Source of the DNA: Octopus sinensis
Lineage: Eukaryota
NCBI RefSeq assembly: GCF_006345805.1
Contig: NW_021834064.1
Coordinates: forward strand, 1-27,028
Direction: 5' to 3'
DNA length: 27,028 nucleotides
Both the position numbers and the translations under genes were made by a program. Of this stretch, positions 10,700 through 20,956 are shown piece by piece; positions within the stretch are counted from its first letter, which is position 1; each line of letters opens with the position of its first letter. The notes below the pieces were generated by a model. That model did not search any database and was not told where the DNA came from. It saw nothing but the letters and a program-made list of their open reading frames with translations.

Positions 10700-11331
10700 G
10701 TAGACACACGGCCTAGAATTTTGTGGCAAAGGGTCATTCGATTACAGCGAACCTGCTGTTCATCAACTGGTACCTGGAAAGGATGAAAGACAAGGTTGAG
10801 CTCAGCGGGATTTGAACTCAGAATGCCGCTGAACATTTTGTCAGGTGTGCTTACGACCCTGCCACCTCGCCGCCTTATAAAAACCCACAACTGGTTTCAA
10901 ATTTTAGCACAGGGCCAGCAATTTCGGAGGGAGGAAGTGAGTAAGTCGATTACAGGGACCCCAGTGTTCAACTGCTACTTAGTTTATCGACCCCGAAAGG
11001 ATGAAATGCTAAGCTGAGCTCAGCGGGATTTGAACTCAGAATGCCGCTGAACATTTTGTCAGGTGTGCTTACGACCCTGCCACCTCGCCGCCTTATAAAA
11101 ACTTACAACTGGTTTCAAATTTTAGCACAGGGCCAGCAATTTCGGAGGGAGAAAGTGAGTAAGTCGATTACAGGGACCCCAGTGTTCAACTGCTACTTAG
11201 TTTATCGACCCCGAAAGGATGAAATGCAAAGCTGAGCTCAGCGGGATTTGAACTCAGATTATAAAGAAGCGGAAGAAATGCCGCTAAGCAATTTGTCATG
11301 TGTGCTAATGAACCAGCCACCTCACCTCTTT
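10700..11331 (-). mobile_element. Tandem array of three family-C-related SINE copies (218-bp period)
   Basis: GAGCTCAGCGGGATTTGAACTCAGA starts at 10798, 11016 and 11234; minus strand reads AAGGCGGCGAGGTGGCAG...TTCTGAGTTCAAATCCC...TTTCATCCTTTCGGGGTCGATAAA. Confidence 0.85.
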
Positions 11332-11399
11332 ACGATAGCCCATAATTAACAACAATACTTGTGGTACTTAATTAAGTCTCTACACTTTTGACTTCATCA

Positions 11400-11470
11400 T
11401 CTGCCAAAGTTGTCTTTGCCTTTCGTCCTTCATTATTCTCAGGGTCGGTAAAACAAAGTACCGGCCATGT
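11400..11470 (+). mobile_element. Degenerate SINE family C fragment
   Basis: CTTTGCCTTTCGTCCTT...AGGGTCGGTAAAACAAAGTACC resembles the family-C centre. Confidence 0.55.
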
Positions 11471-11505
11471 ATTGTATTCAATTGAATGAAGCACATTTCT
11501 GTTCT

Positions 11506-11790
11506 ACCTTACTAAAGCCCTTCGGTCCTCATGAAACAAACCAAAGACGACTCTTCTCCGCTCTTCTCGACTCTAGGTTGTCTGTCCTTCTCGTTTCTTC
11601 CCTGAGAAAGACCTTCATCTCCCTAGTTTTGTTGGTTTTGAATTATCTTCGATGCTTCTTTACATTTTTTAAGTAGGACGTCCGTATTAGTAGTCTGATC
11701 AATTCTTTGACCTGTCCAGCTTGGGGGTCCTTACCAGGAGCCTGCACACTCGGGGTTAGTGAGGCACACACGCCACCACAACGAAACAAC
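11506..11790 (-). mobile_element. Possible degenerate RTE-related non-autonomous element
   Basis: Minus strand GTGTGCCTCACTAACCCCGAG...CCCAAGCTGGACAGGTCAAAG resembles RTE-clade 5' UTRs as I recall them, and the end GAGGACCGAAGGGCTTTAGTAAG resembles RTE 3' ends; recalled similarity, not aligned. Confidence 0.4.
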
Positions 11791-13003
11791 CATTGAACCT
11801 TGAGGTGGAAACAAAGAACTTCACTGATACTTTTTTTTATATTCAGGACTTTTGTCTAAAGGTCACCTCGTTGCCTTTTTTTGGCCGAGAAAAGCTAAGT
11901 AATGGCAATAGCAAAAGAGATTTAATGACGGACAAAAACCCAGATACTTTCCTCTTCGGTAAATCCCTTATTTCATTTCCTTTCTGTTTTTACTATCTCA
12001 CTTTTTAAATTTCATTTAAAGAAGACCGTACTGTCTTCCAGATAATCCATTAAACGGTAGGTGTGAACTGTGATAATGACCCAGTTGAATAGGACTATTT
12101 TCAGCATACATCTTTAGGACACAGCTGACAGGGGGCACTTGACTTTAGTAGTGCGCAATGTTGAATTCAGCCCTAGATGGTTGCCCTCCTACTAGAATAG
12201 CTTATTCTGTATATATTTTTATATGGATTTTTCCACACGTTTTTTGTTTCTTTTTTTTTCTTCTTCACAGTCGATTCTTACAAAAGCTGTGGGGTTTTTT
12301 ATAAGAAATTGTTCTTGTAGTTGTTATTACTGTTATTATTATTGTCGTCGTCGTCATCATCATTGACTGTTGACAAAGTAGACGTTCTTTATAAGTAGGT
12401 TTGGGGTTTAACAAAAGAAATAACAAAGCGTGTGTTTAACTCTGGGAGCGTCACTAATAACAGAAACAAAATGGCTACGAACATTTCACGCCACGCCCCA
12501 CAAAACGAAAACCGAAAAATGTACAAAATAATACAATTCAGAAAGAAAGCGAACGAAAACAGAATGCTAATTTAGCTGCTAAGCAAAATATCAAATAATG
12601 TAAACGAACTCCAAGAAAACAAACATTCTAACTACACTGAGTAGATATCTTGTTGTCAATAAGAAGAGTATGCATGTATGTATCGCTTCGAAACAACGAT
12701 AATTTATCTTTTACTAATGTTCTGTCGAATAGAAAAATCCTTCATATAAAACATTTTCTCGGAATATCGAAAACTAGTAACATTTTGCATATGGAACCGG
12801 AGTCAATCTTCCATAATCGATTAAAGAGGCTCGTGAGAGAAGAAAAGGGAGGATCTTTGTCTTGCAAAAAATGTAATGGGTTTTCTGATCCCATTGAAAC
12901 ACAAACTAAGGACAGATATTTCTTCTAAATTATTTTTTTAACTAAAATATCATTCATTGAGGGGGGGGTGCATATGGCATCATAAGTGTCATTTTTAAAA
13001 CAG

Positions 13004-13224
13004 AGGACCGGGGGAAAAACTCAGGCCAAGAAAGTAAGCGATACACCCGCCCCTAAGCTGGTTTCGAAGTATTTGCGAAGAATAAACACAAGGGTTACCG
13101 TCAGGGACATTGATGTCGATGTCGCACCCAGGCTAGTAGTCACCTTCGGGTCACTATCTGGACTGGCGGTAAGCGCAAACGTAACATGTTGTGACATGTG
13201 GTTAAGTAATATCCGCATGGACAT
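13004..13224 (+). other. Candidate exon of unknown product
   Basis: TTTTTAAAACAG acceptor, GTAAGT donor at 13225, one frame open throughout; no recognisable domain. Confidence 0.2.
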
Positions 13225-13523
13225 GTAAGTTTTCATGAGCTCGCTAAACCACAAAACAATATCAGAAATGTGATCTTGTAGGTGGTCCTATAGATGGAAG
13301 CTCAGCATCCAATGTAGAAGACCCAACTGTTACATACTTGGAAGCTTGATTGCTTATGATTATGACGGCCAATCAAAGGTGATCTTCCTTCATCTCCAAC
13401 ACATTGTTTCTCATGGGAGTGGATATTATTGATAAAACCAATATGTGACAAGGAGATCCTGTATTTGGAAGTAAAATTCATCTAAAAGCTTTCTGCGCAG
13501 AAGCTCCAAAGGAAGAAAAACAA

Positions 13524-13733
13524 AGGAGTGGCTGCGTGGTAAGTAGCTTGCTTACCAACCACATGGTTCCGGGTTCAGTCCCACTGCGTGGCACCTTGCG
13601 CAAGTGTCTTCTACTATAGCCACGGTCCGACCAAAGCCTTGTGAGTGGACTTAATAGACGGAAACTGAAAGAAGCCCGTCGTATATATGTATGTATGTAT
13701 ATATATATATATATATGGTGTGTGTGTGTGTGT

Positions 13734-13803
<70 letters not shown>

Positions 13804-14011
13804 GTTTCTGTGTCTGTGTTTGTCCCCCAAACATCGCTTGACAACCGATGCTGGTGTGTTTACATCCCCGTAAATTAGCGGTTCGGCAAAAGAGACCGAT
13901 AGAATAAGTACTAGGCTTACAAAGAATAAGTCCTGGGGTCGATTTGCTCGACTAAAAGGCGGTACTCCAGCATGGCCACAGTCAAAATGACTGAAACAAG
14001 TAAAAGAGTAA
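13524..14011 (+). mobile_element. SINE family B with expanded internal (TA)n(TG)n
   Basis: Colinear with 1617-2020. Confidence 0.93.
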
Positions 14012-14027
14012 CTACGACAAATCACAC

Positions 14028-14317
<290 letters not shown>

Positions 14318-14816
14318 ATGACATAACATCTCTTGTGAACGTGCTGAGTTAGAAATGCAATAACTATTGAAATGAAACGAAAATACGTCCCAGCAACGGC
14401 CATCGAAAACGCTAGATGCATTTCGGCTTTTCGGAGACCTTTCCGATGGGACGTACTCGCACTCAGCTAAATGCTTTGAGGAGAATTTGTTATATCCAGT
14501 AAAGGAAGAAGTAAATATGACATTCTGCGAAGAGCTGCTCAGTTGATTAAAAATCCGGGACACGCAATTCAGGCAACATTAAATTAAAATAGCTATCTGT
14601 GTAACGTGCTTAATCTGGATAGATCAGCTACTGCAGTATTTGGCCTGGGTGTGGTGGCGTTAAAAACACCCTTAATGTCTGAGAAAAGCAAAAATTTGTC
14701 TCAGCAGAGCTAGCATGTCCATAAGAGATCTTATTTCAGGACAAGTATCATTGAGACTTAGATATTTTAATTTAATACTGCCTTAGTATTGTGGTAATAC
14801 CACACACCTTACCGGA

Positions 14817-15229
14817 TGTGTGGTAAGTAGCTTGTTTACCAACCACATGGTTCCGGGTTCAGTCCCACTGCGTGGCACCTTGGGCAAGTGTCTTCTGCTA
14901 TAGCCTCGGGCCGACCAAAGCCTTGTGAGTGGATTTGGTAGACGGAAACTGAAAGAAGCCCGTCGTATATACGTATATATATATATATATATATATATGC
15001 GTGTGTGCGTTTGTGTGTCTGTGATTATCTCCCTAGCATTGCTTGACAACCGATGCTGGTGTGTTTATGTCCCCGTTTCTTAGCGGTTCGGCAAAAGAGA
15101 CCGATAGAATAAGTACTGGGCTTACAAAAGAATAAGTCCCGGGGTCGAGTTGCTCGATTTAAGGCGGTGCTCCAGCATGGCCGCAGTCAAATGACTGAAA
15201 TAAGTAAAAGAGTAAAAGAGTAAAAAGAG
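14817..15229 (+). mobile_element. SINE family B, slightly 5'-truncated
   Basis: Colinear with 1617-2020; (GTAAAAGA)n tail. Confidence 0.93.
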
Positions 15230-15301
15230 AGTTAGTTGCGTACGAGAAGGAATAGTAGTTCGAATCTCAAATAGATTTTATTGGGTATTATATTTCAAAT
15301 G

Positions 15302-15562
15302 TGAAGGCGCGTGGTTTACTGTTTAGGCGCGTCGCATTCACAATAGAATGATCGTGGTTACGATTCCCAGACCAATTACGCGTTGTGCTCTTTGAGCAAA
15401 ACACTTCATCTCACGTTACTCCAGTCCACTGAGCTGTAAATGGGTACACCCTGCGACGGACTAGCTTTCCGATCAGGGCTTTATGCCTAGTCGGTGGTGT
15501 AGTATCATTCGAAAGCTGAAACGATGCAAAAACGCATTGTGACCAGCGATGTATAACAACAC
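15302..15562 (+). mobile_element. Degenerate SINE with family D head and its own tail
   Basis: GAAGGCGCGTGG...CGATTCCCAGACC...TTGAGCAAAACACTTCATCTCACGTTACTCCAGTCCACT...CCCTGCGACGGACTAG. Confidence 0.7.
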
Positions 15563-15831
15563 CCGGTACTCTGGTCGATAATGTGATTCCTTGATAATTC
15601 AACAATCCAGAATATGTGACTTTTAGCTTGCGCAATATAACGCGAAGAATCCTCACGGAAATTTTTTAAATCTCCATCCCTGCAAGATAAAAGAGCACGG
15701 TAGAAGTGTAATTGGAATTGAGTGGCGCCCTGATCAATACAAGTAGAGACAGAATTTTTTTTTATATCTGTTGTTTTAATTAAGGTATAGTTTATCATAG
15801 TTTTCTATCTTTTTCCGCGTACGTGTTTGAG

Positions 15832-16034
15832 TGGAGGCGCAATGGCCCAGTGGTTAGGGCAGCGGACTCGCGGTCATACGATCGCGGTTTCGATTCCCAG
15901 GTTCAGCAGAACGGACCGATAGAATAAGTACCAGACTTACAAAGAATAGGCCCTGGGGTCGATTTCTTCGACTAAAAGCAGTGCTTCAACATGGTGCAGT
16001 CAAATAACTAAAACAAGTAAAAGAATAAAAGAAT
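15832..16034 (+). mobile_element. Chimeric SINE: family A tRNA head joined to family B 3' tail
   Basis: 15832-15900 is the A head up to GATTCCCAG; 15901-16034 is the B tail (GACCGATAGAATAAGTACC...CAAGTAAAAGAATAAAAGAATA). Confidence 0.85.
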
Positions 16035-16046
16035 ATGATTTTCATG

Positions 16047-16290
16047 TGAGGTCGCATGGCCTAGTGGTTAGGGAGCTGTACTCACGATCTAGGGATCGTG
16101 AGTTCAATTCCTAAACCTGGTGGTGCTTTTTGTTCTTGAGCAATGCACTTCATCTCACTTTGCTTTGTGACTATTTTGACACGTGACGCGTGACACATCG
16201 TGCACCTTTTCCACTATCAACAAATTATTTGTGCCGGTCGTTCGGCAAAAGCTGAATGCTCATACATCGTCTTCAACGGGAGGGTCCATT
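16047..16290 (+). mobile_element. Degenerate SINE with family D head
   Basis: A box TGGCCTAGTGG, B box AGTTCAATTCC, then TTCTTGAGCAATGCACTTCATCTCAC; right boundary approximate. Confidence 0.65.
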
Positions 16291-16432
16291 ATTATTGTCT
16301 TTCATCCCTCCCTGCTTCCCTTTATATAATTTTTTCGTTTCACGTAATGCCATTTTTTTTTTGTCTAAGATCCCTGTTTAACGTGGTTTTTGCATCACAT
16401 CATGTGTCTCTTCAAGGTGTTGTAGCTTATAA

Positions 16433-16730
16433 AGGCGCAATGGTCCAGTGGTTAGGGCAGAGGACTCGCGGTCGTAGAATCGCGGTTTCGATTCCCAGAC
16501 CGGGCGTTGTGAGTGTTTATTGAGCGAAAACACCTTAAAGCTCCACGAGGCTCCAGCAGGGATGGTGGTGATCCCTGCTGTACTCTTTCACCACAACTTT
16601 CTCTCACTCTTACTTCCTGTTTCTGTTGTACCTGTATTTCAAAAGGGCCAGCCTTGTCACTCTCTGTGTCACGCTGAATATCCCTGAGAACTACGTTAAG
16701 GGTACACGTGTCTGTGGAGTGCTCAGCCAC
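16433..16730 (+). mobile_element. SINE family A, 3'-truncated
   Basis: Colinear with the A consensus up to GCTCAGCCAC. Confidence 0.92.
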
Positions 16731-16928
16731 CTCACCTCACCCGATAAACTGGCGGTTGCACGGGCGCGAAAGATACGTTATTATCCTCATTCCGTAAACG
16801 GTGGCTTTTAATGGGTGGAAAGCTGAACTATCCTGGGGTACAGAGGACTCGCAATCTAGACTAGGGTCTGAAAGTTTACCACACCATAGTGGGTTACACC
16901 ATGGTTCCTCTGCTTTGTGGTAGAAGTG

Positions 16929-17109
16929 GGAAGAAAGAGTGAGAGAAAGTTGTGGTGAAAGAGTACAGCGGGGTTCACCACTCAACCCCACCGGAGCTTC
17001 GTGGAGCTTAGGTATTTTTGCTCAATAAATACTCACAATGCCCGGTCTGGGAACCCGCGTTCTTACGACCGCGAGTTCGCTGCCCTAACCACTGGGCCAT
17101 TGCGCCTCC
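16929..17109 (-). mobile_element. SINE family A 5' half (possibly continuing into a different tail at 16731-16928)
   Basis: Reverse complement of the A head and centre; homology stops after CTCACTCTTTCTTCC. Confidence 0.88.
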
Positions 17110-17275
17110 TCCTCCTCCTGCTGCTGCTGCTGCTGCTGCCCTTGTTGTTGTTTTTGCTGTTGCAGTTGTCGTCTGACGATTGTCGGGTGTGATTGATCTT
17201 TTTCTTTTTTTTTTTGCTTGCTCTGTCGTCGTCTTCGTCGTCAACAAATGCAGACGTTTTCTTTTAGTCTTTTTT

Positions 17276-17278
17276 CTC

Positions 17279-17336
<58 letters not shown>
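17276..17336. repeat. (CT)n microsatellite
   Basis: Visible directly. Confidence 0.93.
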
Positions 17337-17339
<3 letters not shown>

Positions 17340-17671
17340 ACTTTCTTGGGTGTAACCACATTTCCCTACCATCCACCTACCAGGAATTGTACGCTATTTT
17401 TTAGTATATATTTTATTATGTTGTGTAACCTAAACCTGTTTTGCAAGGTAAAACAGGTTTACTAAATTGATTTTCAGCGTATTTTAGATGGTTAAAGAAA
17501 AAAGGAAAAAAAATAATTTTATTAAACATGTTCAACTTTCTTTTGATTCAATTTGATTCGAATTAGCGACAAATCAACGAAGCAACAGTTAAAAAAAGTA
17601 ATAAGGATATCTGCGAAGACGAAACGGGAGTTTACGAAAAACCTTGTTTTTGTAGCGACGCAAGAAAAACG

Positions 17672-17824
17672 GGAGTTTTGTGGATAAGAAACTCACTTTC
17701 CAACTACATGGTTTAGGGTTCAGTCCCACCGCGCAGTACCTTGGGCCAGTGTCCCTTTCTTTAGCCTCGGACTGTCCAATGCCCTATGAGGGAAGATGGT
17801 TGACTGAAAATGTGTGGACGCCGT
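17672..17824 (+). mobile_element. Old degenerate SINE family B 5' half
   Basis: GGGTTCAGTCCCACCGCGCAGTACCTTGGGCCAGTGTC...TAGCCTCGG. Confidence 0.75.
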
Positions 17825-17905
17825 TCCTGGCGGCGCGGGCCTTGCCCTGGGCAAAGAATTCGGTGCTTAAGTTTAAATCCTTTTGAGAACAACTAGTTTC
17901 CATAG

Positions 17906-17943
17906 TGATCCTACATAACTCTCACCTACTCACACCTATTGTG

Positions 17944-18013
<70 letters not shown>

Positions 18014-18081
18014 CGACAATAGGTGAGAGTAGGTGAGACAGACGACAATAGGTGAGAGTAGGTGAGAGTTATGTAGGATCA
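17906..18081. repeat. Inverted repeat (~43-bp arms) around a ~60-nt (TA)n, with a 29-bp tandem duplication in the right arm
   Basis: TGATCCTACATAACTCTCACCTACTCACACCTATTGTGTCTGT versus ACAGACGACAATAGGTGAGAGTAGGTGAGAGTTATGTAGGATCA. Confidence 0.9.
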
Positions 18082-18092
18082 TATATATATAT

Positions 18093-18386
18093 AACTAATG
18101 TAGGATAAAATTTTATTCGAAAAAAATTTTATCAATGGCCTGTATATCAAAAAATACCTTTAAGGTTAAATTTATAAATAACATATAAAAAAGGGCAAAA
18201 GAAAAATTCTAATGCCAAATATGCCGATAAAGACAAAATTGTCAATAACCATTATAATTTAAGCGTCCCGAAACAAGTCGATAGAAATTTCTTTAAAAAT
18301 TCGTTATTACCGGATTGCGGTTATTGACAATTTTGTCTTTTTCGGCATATTTGGCATTGGAATTTTTCTTTTGCCCTTATTTTATA
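18093..18386. mobile_element. (TA)n-flanked element with ~67-bp internal inverted repeat, putative Penelope-like inverted pLTR
   Basis: 18184-18250 is the near-perfect reverse complement of 18319-18386; the spacer contains CCCGAAACAAGTC (3' half of a hammerhead core). Confidence 0.55.
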
Positions 18387-18398
18387 TATATATATATA

Positions 18399-18533
18399 TT
18401 AAGCAGAATATTTGCTGATGCCCATCTTTTATACCAAGACAAAACATGATAACACTTCCAGTCAGTTAAGATCAGAAGCCTTCAGAGCCGCTGCTTGGTA
18501 CTGCATCAGGGCATTGGTACTGCATCAGGGCAT
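18399..18533 (+). mobile_element. Probable 3' end of a retroposon with (CAT)n/(TAT)n tail
   Basis: Terminal 19-mer TTGGTACTGCATCAGGGCA is duplicated in tandem and runs into the trinucleotide array; family identity not established. Confidence 0.45.
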
Positions 18534-18541
18534 CATCATCA

Positions 18542-18578
<37 letters not shown>

Positions 18579-18597
18579 CATTATTATTATTATTATT
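18531..18597. repeat. (CAT)n(TAT)n array, 3' flank of the Dong-like element
   Basis: Visible directly. Confidence 0.93.
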
Positions 18598-20258
18598 CTA
18601 TGTTTGACTTTTGCTTTATATTTGTACAAGTTGGCTCCAAGTCTCACCCAGAGACCTCAAGAGACAACAGGGTTGGAAGTTCATGTTGTTGTTATGCCTA
18701 GTGTGCCATATATTTGGGGGGTGGGGATGTTGTACTAATGAATGTCTAAAAAAAAAGGGGTTTTTTTTTGTTTTTTTTTAACCGAAAATTATGTTTGTTT
18801 TAAACCTTGAGATTACATAGAGAGTATTTTGCGTAGGATATGAGCAGTTCCCATGAGCACTATCTTTTGAACTTCTGCCATTTTGGGTTTCCTGGTATCT
18901 GAGTTAGGTAGCTATCAGCCCCTTTTGCTATCATTCCCAGGGCACCTATGACAACAGGTATTGTTTTAGTCTTCAGCTTCCACATTTTGCTGATTTCTAT
19001 TTCAAGATCTTTATATTTGCTCAGTTTTTGATAGGTCTTGACAGATACGTTTATATCGATTGGGACAGTCATATCAATGAGGAGGCATGTTCTTTGTTTG
19101 AAGTCTTTCAATATGATGTCTGGCCTATTTGCATCTATCTTCCTGTCAGTTTGAATGGTGAAGTTCCAGAGGAGTGAGATGTGGTCATTTTCAAGCACTG
19201 GGGGTGGTTTGTGTTCCCACCAGTTTTTTTCATGGGGCAAATCCAGGTTTTACAGATTACCCAGTGAATATATTGTGCAGCTCTATCGTGCCTGTTGAGA
19301 TACTCTGTAGGCGCTAGAAAACTGCACTTGGAGACCACATGGTCAATGGTTTCATTTTGTTGCTTGCATACACGACACGTTGGACTGCTGCTGATCTTTA
19401 ATATGTTGGCCTGGTAGTTTCTTGTTGGTAGGCATTGATCTTGAGCTGCTATGATAAACCCCTCTGTTTCAGATTTTAAGCCAGAGGCCATTAGCCATTG
19501 ATGGGTCAGGGCTTTGTCGATATCTGCATTATTCGCTCTCTTTGGGTATTTGCCATAGAGAGGTTTTTCTTGCCATTTATTATTCAGAATATCTAAGGCC
19601 GCAGTTTTGGCACGGGTTTTCATGCGCCTAGCTTTTTCTGTGCTTGTTTCTTGTATATCTATCTCTAATTCCGAAATTGGTTGTATTCGGAATTCACTTA
19701 GATATTCTTTGCCTGTTTTGTGACTGAGTATGATGCTTCTTGTTTTCATGTTTTGAGACAAGTTTTAGCATCCAGTCCTCAGAGTTTTTCAGGTAGGTGT
19801 CTAGGCCAATTGTAGCAATCTTCATTGTTATTGCCAGTTGCAAAAGACCACGGCCTCCCTCTTTTCTTGGCAGATAGAGTCGTTCTGTATCTGCCTTAGG
19901 GTGGTGCATTCTATGCATTGTCAAAAGTTTCCTTATTTTTCTGTCGAGCTGACATATTTCAGTAATTGACCAGTTAACAATATTGAAACTGTAAGTCACG
20001 ACTGGTATAGCTAATGCATTGATTGCTTCGATCCTGTTTCTTGCATTCAGCTCTGTCTTGAGTATTGCTCTCACTCTTCGATAGCATTCTCTCCTGATCC
20101 TTTCCTTCATCTCTGAATGCCTTATTCCGTTCCCTTCAATTACCCCTAGGTACTTGTAGCTCTCCGCTGGGTCTAGTTCTTTTATGACATTCTGTTGGTC
20201 AAGGTTAACGTTAGATGTTTCTGTCATTTTTCCTTTGATAACGGTAGCCTTTGCACAT
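18598..20258 (-). mobile_element. 5'-truncated R4/Dong-clade non-LTR retrotransposon
   Basis: Coding remnant plus ~215-nt 3' UTR, flanked by (TAA)n on both sides on the element strand. Confidence 0.92.
18813..20257 (-). pseudogene. Frameshifted RT C-terminus/thumb, CCHC zinc knuckle and restriction-like (PD-D/ExK) endonuclease
   Basis: Overlapping ORFs carry YKYLG, RLYLPRKEGGRGL, AAQDQ, CRVC..ETIDHVVSKC, RHD, NRPDII..LIDMTVP, KLSKYKDL and PVVIGALG; a last shifted frame ends VLMGTAHILRKILSM* at 18813. Confidence 0.92.
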
Positions 20259-20278
20259 TATTATTATTATTATTATTA

Positions 20279-20349
<71 letters not shown>
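20257..20349. repeat. (ATT)n array, 5' flank of the Dong-like element
   Basis: Visible directly. Confidence 0.96.
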
Positions 20350-20526
20350 GGTTCAGTACTAGGAAGTTCGGAACCCAATAAGAGAATTGTCAGTGGGACC
20401 CTTTATTCTACAAAAGCTGAATATTGATGTTTTATGCTTCGTACAGTACGCCAGTCCCAGCTAAAAAGCGTTGAGGTGCTTCAGGCTCCACCATTAACCA
20501 CATTGCAATGATATACTAAAAATTCA

Positions 20527-20758
20527 AGGCGGCGAGCTGGTTGAACTGTTAGCACGCCAGGCGAAATGCGTAGCCTTATTTCGTCTGCCGTTACGTTCTG
20601 AGTTCAAATTCCGACGCGGTCGACTTTGCCTTTCATCCTTTCGGGGTCGATAAATTAAGTACCAGTTACGCACTGGGGTCGATATAATCGACTTAATCCG
20701 TTTGTCTGTCCTTGTTTGTCCCCTCTGTGTTTAGCCCCTTGTGGGCAATAAAGAAACA
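20527..20758 (+). mobile_element. SINE family C with 17-bp target-site duplication
   Basis: Near-identical to 4451-4685; GATATACTAAAAATTCA at 20510-20526 and 20759-20775. Confidence 0.95.
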
Positions 20759-20956
20759 GATATACTAAAAATTCATCATAGGTTCCTTCGCTCGAGCGTG
20801 CGGGAGAGGCCCACTTTTGGCGTGGGGGCCCAATTCTAACAAATTTGTGGTCTAATTAGTTTAAAGCCCACTCTTATTACTGTTGTTATTGTTGCTGATG
20901 ATGATGATGACACGATGACGACGACGACGACAATGATGATGATGATGTTGCTGTTG

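Noticed and set aside
10798-11258. CRISPR-like repeat-spacer array
   Set aside because: The intervening sequences are near-identical, the unit is SINE-derived, the context is eukaryotic and no cas genes are present.
13090-13135. VTVRDIDVDVAP as a cadherin DxNDNxP linker
   Set aside because: Lacks the NDN residues and the other cadherin motifs (LDRE, AxDxG).
14330-14563. Non-repetitive part of the 183-aa minus-strand ORF
   Set aside because: No recognisable domain; the length comes from read-through into (GATA)n.
20800-20875. GGCCC-rich end resembling an old DNA transposon terminus
   Set aside because: No matching opposite terminus found.
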